NCBI GenBank assembly: GCA_963701665.1
Contig: OY969622.1
Location: forward strand, 896,001 to 960,000
Direction: 5' to 3'
From: Candidatus Babeliales bacterium
GTDB taxonomy: Bacteria > Babelota > Babeliae > Babelales > JANWKD01
Length of the DNA: 64,000 bases
The notes beneath the pieces are model-generated. The model was not told the DNA's origin and searched no databases. It worked only from the letters and a program-made list of their open reading frames with translations. The position numbers and the translations under genes were made by a program. Each line of letters begins with the position of its first letter. Position 1 is the first letter of the stretch. Of the stretch, positions 57,728 through 64,000 are shown piece after piece.

Positions 57728-57763
57728 AATCCTCATAAATTCATTACTGTAAAATTATTTTAT

Positions 57764-57790
57764 GGGCGTACTCAAACGTACGCCTTTTTT
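57764..57790 (+). terminator. Intrinsic terminator
   Basis: ggcgtac-tcaaac-gtacgcc followed by tttttt. Confidence 0.75.
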
Positions 57791-57875
57791 CATTTAAACG
57801 AGCGAGCTAGACAGAGGCCCAAGAAAAAGCTAAAATTAGAGTAAAAATCACTGTTTTCCCTGATAAAAGGTCATT

Positions 57876-58088
57876 ATGAGCAACAAAAAATTCAATATCA
57901 AAATCTTCGTTAACAACAATGTTGAGCGAGCATTGAAGCAATTAAAGAAAAAAATGGAACGTGAAGGCGTTAGCCGCGATATGAAGCGGATCGTCTATTA
58001 TGAAGCCCCAACCCAACAACGCCGTAAAAGCTTAATGCGCGCACAAAAGCAAAACCTCATCCGTTTGGCAACAACCCAACGTCCTTAA
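57876..58088 (+). CDS. rpsU: 30S ribosomal protein S21
   Basis: VERALKQLKKKMEREG...YYEAP...RR. Confidence 0.9.
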   Translation: MSNKKFNIKIFVNNNVERALKQLKKKMEREGVSRDMKRIVYYEAPTQQRRKSLMRAQKQNLIRLATTQRP

Positions 58089-58104
58089 AAAGGTCTTCTC
58101 TTTT

Positions 58105-58476
58105 ATGTATGATCATCGCAATAAAGACATAAAAAAAGCTCAAAAAGAAAGTCTTCTTCTGCGTGAAATATCAGGTTTACTCCTTCAAGCCGGCATGGAT
58201 GACCCTCGCTTACAGAAAGTAACCGTAAGCCGCGTTTCTCTTTCTGATGATAAAGGCACGTGTACCGTCTTCTTTTATACCTCTCAGGGTAAAAAGGCGT
58301 TTGAAGAAATCTTAGAAATTTTAAAATTATATAAACCCTCGCTTCGCGCTGCACTCGCCAAAAAAATCAGGGGTCGCTATACTCCAAACCTCGTTTTCCG
58401 TTTTGATGATCAGATAGAAAAATCTGAAAAAATGAATGCGCTTTTTCAACAACTTAAAGAAAAAGGTGACGTATAA
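58105..58476 (+). CDS. rbfA: Ribosome-binding factor A
   Basis: DPRL..VTVSRV.LS.D....VF, RYTPNLVFRFD. Confidence 0.92.
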   Translation: MYDHRNKDIKKAQKESLLLREISGLLLQAGMDDPRLQKVTVSRVSLSDDKGTCTVFFYTSQGKKAFEEILEILKLYKPSLRAALAKKIRGRYTPNLVFRFDDQIEKSEKMNALFQQLKEKGDV

Positions 58477-59225
58477 ATATCCTAGCATTAATACCCCTAT
58501 TTCTTTCATGGGGTTCATTTTTAAATATGCTCGGTTACCGTCTCATTTCTCAAGAAAGTCTCTTAATTCCGCGCTCGTTTTGCCCTCAGTGTAAACAGAT
58601 TATTGCCTGGTATGATAATATCCCTCTTTTTTCATGGATTTTGCTCAAACAAAAATGTCGCTCGTGCTCAGCCAGTATCTCTTGGCTTTACCCTTTTATT
58701 GAGCTCGTAACTACCCTCGTTTTTTGCTCGCTCTTTGTTTTTGTGCCCTCGCACTATTGGTGGGCGTACGGACTTTTTTTCTCAGCGTTACTTGTAACGA
58801 TACGCACGGATTGTGAAACATTACTCATCTCTCGTTTTGTTACACTCTTTATCGTGCCGCTCGGCTTTTTATTAAGTTATTTTCAGCTGTTACCCATTTC
58901 TGTAGTTGACAGCATGCTGGGCGCTGCCAGTGCTTATGCGTGGCTCTATTTAGTCGGATGGGTTTTTCATAAATTCACAGGCAAAATTGGACTCGGGCAG
59001 GGTGATTTTGAACTCATGGCATTCATTGGATCATTTTTAGGGATTATCGGTTGGTGGTTCAGCCTTCTGCTTGGTTCATTATTGGGCTCTGTTATCGGCA
59101 TCAGCTATCTTGTTTTGAGCGGTCAATCTAGGAATACAAAAATTCCTTTTGGACCGTTTCTTGCTCTCGGTGCAATACTTTTTGTGTTTTTTAAGGAAAT
59201 GCTCTTGTCATATGTGCTCTATTAA
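58473..59225 (+). CDS. pilD: Prepilin peptidase (A24)
   Basis: RSFCPQC...WYDNIP...KCRSC...YPFIE, GQGD, IPFGPFL; the frame extends upstream of ATG 58527 through LSWGSFLN to ATA 58473. Confidence 0.92.
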   Translation: MNILALIPLFLSWGSFLNMLGYRLISQESLLIPRSFCPQCKQIIAWYDNIPLFSWILLKQKCRSCSASISWLYPFIELVTTLVFCSLFVFVPSHYWWAYGLFFSALLVTIRTDCETLLISRFVTLFIVPLGFLLSYFQLLPISVVDSMLGAASAYAWLYLVGWVFHKFTGKIGLGQGDFELMAFIGSFLGIIGWWFSLLLGSLLGSVIGISYLVLSGQSRNTKIPFGPFLALGAILFVFFKEMLLSYVLY

Positions 59226-59258
59226 CTCACAACGGCCATGATTCAGCAACGCAGAATT

Positions 59259-59649
59259 GTCATTCTGAGGAGCGAAGCGACGTAGGAATCCAGATTTAAT
59301 CATGAAAAATCCTTCAGTTTATATTCTAGCCGATAGTCGTAATGGCACACTTTATGTTGGCGTCACTTCAAATCTTATACAAAGAGTATTCCAACATAAG
59401 AACAATCTTATCAAGGGATTTACCAGTCGTTATAACTGTAAACAATTAGTTTACTATGGACAATTTGAAAGCATGATCGACGCAATTCAAAGAGAAAAAC
59501 AAATTAAGCATTATAGCAGAATAAAAAAGATCGCACTTATCGAGGCATTAAACCCAGATTGGTCTGATTTGTACAATCAAATTTGTGGGATATAAGGAAT
59601 CTTATTTTATAGACCTGGATTCCTACGTCGCTTTGCTCCTCAGAATGAC
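59259..59649. mobile_element. Putative mobile element: GIY-YIG nuclease gene bounded by 35-bp hairpin terminal inverted repeats
   Basis: Left gtcattctgaggagcgaagcgacgtaggaatccag (59259-59293); right ctggattcctacgtcgctttgctcctcagaatgac (59615-59649); 34/35 complementary. Mobility is inferred. Confidence 0.7.
59302..59595 (+). CDS. Stand-alone GIY-YIG nuclease family protein
   Basis: SVYIL...GTLYVGVT.NL..R..QH, GFTSRY, LVYY, AIQREKQIK, NPDW.DL; catalytic Tyr/Arg/His/Glu positions present. Confidence 0.93.
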   Translation: MKNPSVYILADSRNGTLYVGVTSNLIQRVFQHKNNLIKGFTSRYNCKQLVYYGQFESMIDAIQREKQIKHYSRIKKIALIEALNPDWSDLYNQICGI

Positions 59650-59702
59650 GCCCGCTACCATCCCTATTCTCACGTAGTTTTATGTATTTCTATCTGAAAA
59701 CG

Positions 59703-60191
59703 CTAGGCAAGGTCGTCAGTTACAATCTGAATATTATGATGTTGATTGACTGTTATTACGTCAGCAACACCATCACCATCAATATCGCCAGCAGCAGCAA
59801 TAACAAAGCCATCTTTGTCAGCTTTTGTCCCAGCCAGTGATGAAGCAGGCGTATTCAATTTCCCTGTAAAATGATGCTGCCCTTCTTGCCCCTCGTTAAA
59901 CCCATAGGTATAGTAGAATCGCTCGTTTTGGCCACCGCCGGAATATCCTTCGGGTTGCCACCCAATTCCTTGTGTACCGTGGAGCAATGATGAATAGGTA
60001 CCATGCTCAGCCCAGTGTGATTTCTGTGCCATATAGAGCGAATTTAAGTTCATATATGCTTCTGCTCGTTTAGCTTTAGAAAAAAAATGCAAGAAACTAG
60101 GAATTGATACCATTGAAAGAAATGCAATAATAGCGACAACAATCATTAATTCGATCAAGGTTACCCCTGATCGAGCAAACCGATTTTTCAT
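59703..60191 (-). CDS. Type IV pilin-like protein
   Basis: Class III signal G|VTLIELMIVVAII; KAKRAEA; C-terminal GDIDGDG. Confidence 0.9.
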   Translation of the reverse strand: MKNRFARSGVTLIELMIVVAIIAFLSMVSIPSFLHFFSKAKRAEAYMNLNSLYMAQKSHWAEHGTYSSLLHGTQGIGWQPEGYSGGGQNERFYYTYGFNEGQEGQHHFTGKLNTPASSLAGTKADKDGFVIAAAGDIDGDGVADVITVNQHHNIQIVTDDLA

Positions 60192-60381
60192 TCCCCCAAC
60201 CCTTTCTTACTTTAAGGTTATCCTTAGGATACAAATTTAGTACTCATGCAAGTCAAGAGTTAACGTCAAAATCACAATTTTGGAATTTTTGAAGTTTTTT
60301 TCGCTTAACTTAAAGAAATAACTCACTATTTTTAATCTTTTGTAAATAAAGTTGAGGCTTTTTTGATATATAATTCATAAT

Positions 60382-60409
60382 TTGACATTTTTAAAAATAG
60401 GAATAAAAT
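60382..60409 (+). promoter_or_regulatory. Probable sigma70 promoter for the folC-like/atp operon
   Basis: TTGACA-N16-TAAAAT. Confidence 0.5.
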
Positions 60410-60538
60410 TATGTACTATAGAGTAAAGTGGCTTTAAAAGCACCTTACTAACCTTTTTTCAGGTTTGAAGTAAGGGGGTTTTTATCAGCTTACTTCGATG
60501 AACGAGGTTTTAAAATAGCTATTTATGGAGAAATAAAA

Positions 60539-61963
60539 ATGGCAACATTACATAAGCAAACGGGCTCCGATAAGCGTTCCGGATCGCTCGGGTCACAAAA
60601 AAACTACAATGAGTTGATAGAGTTTTTAGATTCTTCATGGTCATATGCTCCTTCAACGGAAAAGACAATAGCTACAATGAAGGCTCTTGACCAAGCACTC
60701 GGCAATCCTTCAAAAAAATTACATTCCATTTTACTCAGCGGTACTAATGGAAAAGGCTTAACAATTCACTTTGCAAGTAAATTGTTACAGGAAGAAAAGA
60801 TTTCTTTTGGTGCTTTTTATTCCCCCCACATTCTCAGCTACAATGAACATTTCATTTTTAATAACGAGACAATTTCTAATAAAACATTTACAGAACTTGC
60901 CAATGAAGTCATCAATGCTGCACAAGCAAATGATCTAAAAGTTACTACGTACGACATTTTGACTATGATGGCAATTCTTTATTTTGCACAAAACAATGTC
61001 GACATTGCGTTGCTTGAAATGAGAGAAGACAGTCCTTTTGATGCAACAGCGATTTGTCATCCATCAGTTATTGCTATCACAAGAATTACTGAAGAAGAAG
61101 CGTCACCAAAAAATGAACTTTCAGCTTCAATTATTAAAAATTTATTGAAATTAGTTAAACCAGGAACTCATGTTATTTCTGGTGATCAAAGCAAGTTGAA
61201 CTTACAATTAATGGCTGAGGCAGTCAAAAAAAATGACGGTACCTGGGCAATGCCAATTCGTAAGCTTGCAGCATTGAAATATCCTTTTGAACAATTACAT
61301 GGCAGATGTGCAGCAATTGCAGAAAGAATTTGCCAAATTTACGTTGATAAATTTGCTAAAGATGTAACTATTCTCGGTAATAGCTTATTGGCAAAACAAA
61401 AAGGCCAACGTGGCAGACCTACCCTTGAAGCAAAACGTGAATCTGAATTAAATCCAAAGAAAACATTAGAACAATTCTGGAAAGAAGAAGCAAGCACATT
61501 ACCTGCACGCTTCCAAATCCTTGATAAAGAAAAACCAAGCATTCTTCTTGATAACGCAAGTAACGTCGATGCATTCAAAAATCTTTTACTTGGCATTCGC
61601 TTACTTCACTATCAACGTCCTTTAAAAGGCCTCACCTTCATCTTTGGCTGTGATGCTCAAGAAATGAATACGGAAGAATTCCTACGCTTATTACGTTATT
61701 TCTCTAAAAAGAATTCGGGACAAATTATCTTCTGTCCTATTGAAGAACGTGTGCCAGGTATCAATGAATCATCATGGAATGTTGAACAAATTACTAACGA
61801 TGTAAAAAGCCTCAAGATCAAAGCAAAATCATCAAAAAGCTTTGACGAAGCTTTTGATATTGCTAAAAAATCTGTCGATGAACGACATGGTCTTGTTGTT
61901 ATCTCCGGTTCAAAAACCATTATTACCCAATACTGGAAATTAAAGGGTATTAAAAAGATTTAA
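60539..61963 (+). CDS. FolC/Mur-ligase-like protein, divergent
   Basis: LSGTNGKG P-loop, FYSPHILSYNE, PARFQ and ILLDNASN follow the FolC layout, with degenerate motifs. Confidence 0.75.
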   Translation: MATLHKQTGSDKRSGSLGSQKNYNELIEFLDSSWSYAPSTEKTIATMKALDQALGNPSKKLHSILLSGTNGKGLTIHFASKLLQEEKISFGAFYSPHILSYNEHFIFNNETISNKTFTELANEVINAAQANDLKVTTYDILTMMAILYFAQNNVDIALLEMREDSPFDATAICHPSVIAITRITEEEASPKNELSASIIKNLLKLVKPGTHVISGDQSKLNLQLMAEAVKKNDGTWAMPIRKLAALKYPFEQLHGRCAAIAERICQIYVDKFAKDVTILGNSLLAKQKGQRGRPTLEAKRESELNPKKTLEQFWKEEASTLPARFQILDKEKPSILLDNASNVDAFKNLLLGIRLLHYQRPLKGLTFIFGCDAQEMNTEEFLRLLRYFSKKNSGQIIFCPIEERVPGINESSWNVEQITNDVKSLKIKAKSSKSFDEAFDIAKKSVDERHGLVVISGSKTIITQYWKLKGIKKI

Positions 61964-61966
61964 TAC

Positions 61967-62236
61967 ATGTACCTTATTGCATCAATCGGTATTGGACTTA
62001 TTTTAGGAATATTTTATTGGCTCTCTTTGTCAATCCTGACAAAGAGAGCTTCTTTATTATCAAACCAAAATTCTCAAAAAATTCTGCTTACTACAAGCCT
62101 GCATTCATTCGCGCGCATGATTATTTTTGCAGGAATTTTTTTCTATGTGTTGCAGCAAACATATCTTCATTCTATACTAATAATGTTTGTCTTTTTAACT
62201 ACTCTATGGCTTCTCTTGGCTTTTAAGAAAGATTAA
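61967..62236 (+). CDS. ATP synthase accessory membrane protein (AtpI/AtpR-like)
   Basis: GLILGIFYW and SFARM; three hydrophobic segments; directly upstream of atpB. Confidence 0.55.
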   Translation: MYLIASIGIGLILGIFYWLSLSILTKRASLLSNQNSQKILLTTSLHSFARMIIFAGIFFYVLQQTYLHSILIMFVFLTTLWLLLAFKKD

Positions 62237-62240
62237 TAAG

Positions 62241-62986
62241 ATGGAAGAGTTAGAGCTTCTTTCGATTGAACTCTGGAATCCTCTTGGCATTTTTGGCATA
62301 CAGAATGATCTGCTTAAAGTGAACAGCATGACGCTCGTCTACACATGGGTAGTATTACTTTTTTTGCTTATCATGGCCCTATTGTTGCGGCTCTACCTTA
62401 CCAAAAAAAAAGCTTAGTCTATTTTTTAGTCACGAGCGGATTGCAATCATTTATTGATTTAACTACTCAATCATTCGGCACTTTTTACTATAATCACTTT
62501 TCCTTTATTGTTGCGCTGTTCATTTTCATTGCCACGTGCAATTTAATCGCACTTATTCCTTGGATTGAAGAACCTACAAGGGATCTTAATACCACACTTG
62601 CACTCGGCTTTATCGGTTTCTTTTACAAAGATTATTATGCCATTAAAGTTCATGGATTGGTCGCCTTTATTAAAGAATTTTTCAGTCCTTTTTTCCTTAC
62701 GTTTCCCCTTAATGTCATTGGGCATTTATCGAAAATAATTTCCATATCATTCCGCTTATTCGGTAACATTTTTGGCGGATCGGTTATTCTGCACATTTAC
62801 AATAATGCGATAGCCGGTTCAATTATTTTTGAAACATTGGGAATGCTATCTGGCTTCAATCTTCTTGCGACGTTCTTTTTTGTTATTTTCGAAGGTTTTA
62901 TTCAAGCATTCGTTTTTACTATGCTCACCCTTACCTATTTAGCTATAGCTATTGAGCCTGAAGAAATGCCGGGAGAAACAACATGA
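62241..62986 (+). CDS. atpB: F0 ATP synthase subunit a, interrupted by a -1 frameshift at A9 (62403-62411)
   Basis: N-terminal part MEELELLSIELWNP...TLVYTWVVLLFLL...LTKKKA* from 62241; C-terminal part in the -1 frame with PTRDLNTT, SFRLFGNI, EGFIQAFVF. Confidence 0.9.
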
Positions 62987-63951
62987 TGCAAGAGCTCGGT
63001 ATATTTTTACATGTTCTCAGTATCGTTTTCTGTGTTGCTGCGACATCATTAGGTGTTGGTATTGGCGGCGGACTGTGCGCACAAGGCTCATTACATGCGC
63101 TCAACATAGCCCCAGCACAAGGCGCCCATATTATTCGTGCGACCATTATTGGGTTAGCCCTTCTTGAAACAGGCGGCATTCTTGGCATTGTTATGAGTCT
63201 CATGATGCTCTTCGGGCAACCAATGTATGACGCATCGCTCTTATATATTGGCATTAGTGAATGTGGTATTGCTTTGGCGCTCGGCATACCAGGATTTCTT
63301 GTTGGCGCATTTTCATCATTGCCTTCACAACAAGCTGCAATAGCCTTAACACGACAACCACTTGCTAGTTCAAAAATTATTAATATCATGCTTTTGACAC
63401 AATCACTCGTTCAAACCCCAGTCATCTTTGGGTTTCTCATTTCCCTATTTATAAAAAATCAACTCTATCAAGCACATGATCTTGCAACAAGTATGCGATT
63501 ACTTGCCAGCGGTTTGTGCTTAGGCATTGGCAGCATAGGCCCCATTATTGGCCTTGCGCGTTTTGCTGGTGTTGCCGTTAAAAGTATTGGTTTTAACAGA
63601 GATTCCTATAGCAAAATAATGCCATTTAGTTTTATCAGCCAGGCAATTATTGAAACGCCGGTAATTTTTGCATTTGTGGTTGCCATGATCTTATTAGCAA
63701 CATCACCCTCTTTGCTTAATAGTGGCATCAATGGTCTCGGGTTCTTAGCTGCAGCATTAGCAATTGGCATTGGAACCTTCGGCCCTGGCATTAGTTCTGG
63801 CGCTATCGCTTCAGCAGCATGCCAAGAAATTGCAGCTGATCCTAAAAATTCTTCAATCCTTATAAAAACAAGTATTTTAGGCCAGGGATTGGTTGATGCG
63901 GCTGCAATATACGCATTGTTGATTTCCTTATTGCTTCTTTTATTAAAATGA
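62983..63951 (+). CDS. atpE: F0 ATP synthase subunit c, four fused hairpins
   Basis: Four Gly-rich c-subunit repeats with ion-site positions LLETGG, LVQTPV, IIETPV, LVDAAA; ATGA-coupled to atpB. Confidence 0.88.
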   Translation: MMQELGIFLHVLSIVFCVAATSLGVGIGGGLCAQGSLHALNIAPAQGAHIIRATIIGLALLETGGILGIVMSLMMLFGQPMYDASLLYIGISECGIALALGIPGFLVGAFSSLPSQQAAIALTRQPLASSKIINIMLLTQSLVQTPVIFGFLISLFIKNQLYQAHDLATSMRLLASGLCLGIGSIGPIIGLARFAGVAVKSIGFNRDSYSKIMPFSFISQAIIETPVIFAFVVAMILLATSPSLLNSGINGLGFLAAALAIGIGTFGPGISSGAIASAACQEIAADPKNSSILIKTSILGQGLVDAAAIYALLISLLLLLLK

Positions 63952-64000
63952 CAAAAATCATTACAAGAAGGGAAATCCATGACGAGTAGTGTAAGGCCTT

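Larger units (their letters stand above)
55984..57790 (+). repeat. Tandem duplication (unit 1 about 55984-56846, unit 2 about 56847-57790)
   Basis: 56014-56132 is identical to 56877-56995 (offset 863 bp); each unit carries a promoter, a paralogous gene and a terminator. Confidence 0.9.

Noticed and set aside
59259..59649. Classical IS (DDE) or IS200/IS605/RAYT assignment
   Set aside because: No DDE triad, HUH/Y1 motif, TnpB or visible target-site duplication; the only ORF is GIY-YIG
62345..62402. MGSITFFAYH... as the atpB N-terminus
   Set aside because: Out-of-frame sequence; the real N-terminus with its TM helix begins at 62241 in another frame
62949..63980. Antisense ORFs of 146 and 124 aa over atpE, and similar short antisense ORFs across topA, metG, gltX and the Omp85 gene
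   Set aside because: Shadow ORFs opposite well-supported genes with no independent evidence
63948..64000. Next atp operon gene
   Set aside because: Only a 13-codon ORF and a probable start at 63979 are visible, too little to identify

Overview
AT-rich bacterial chromosomal window. Its gene content suggests the intracellular phylum Dependentiae (TM6/Babeliae); this is an inference from the many signal-peptide+Met orphan proteins, a four-hairpin ATP synthase c subunit and Cys-rich barrel-like proteins. Housekeeping genes include sufCB/sufD, hup, tRNA-Leu and tRNA-Cys, two lepB, batABCDE, plsC, topA, metG, potABCD, an Omp85 protein, gltX, rpsU, rbfA, type IV pilus genes and the start of the atp operon. 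These are interleaved with tandem-duplicated secreted orphans and an MNT-HEPN toxin-antitoxin pair. The most striking structure is a 391-bp element (59259-59649): a 97-aa stand-alone GIY-YIG nuclease gene tightly bracketed by 35-bp inverted hairpin repeats (34/35 identical). Two gene-less elements built from the same repeat family and sharing a spacer (8512-8617, 52332-52432) lie elsewhere in the window. The arrangement resembles RAYT/REPIN systems, but with a GIY-YIG nuclease instead of an HUH transposase. Other notable observations are two genes broken by -1 shifts at A9/A10 tracts (atpB, M23 peptidase), a pilB split by one in-frame TAA, a suf operon interrupted by putative effectors, and secreted proteins with eukaryote-like motifs (BC-box, RVxF, NLS).
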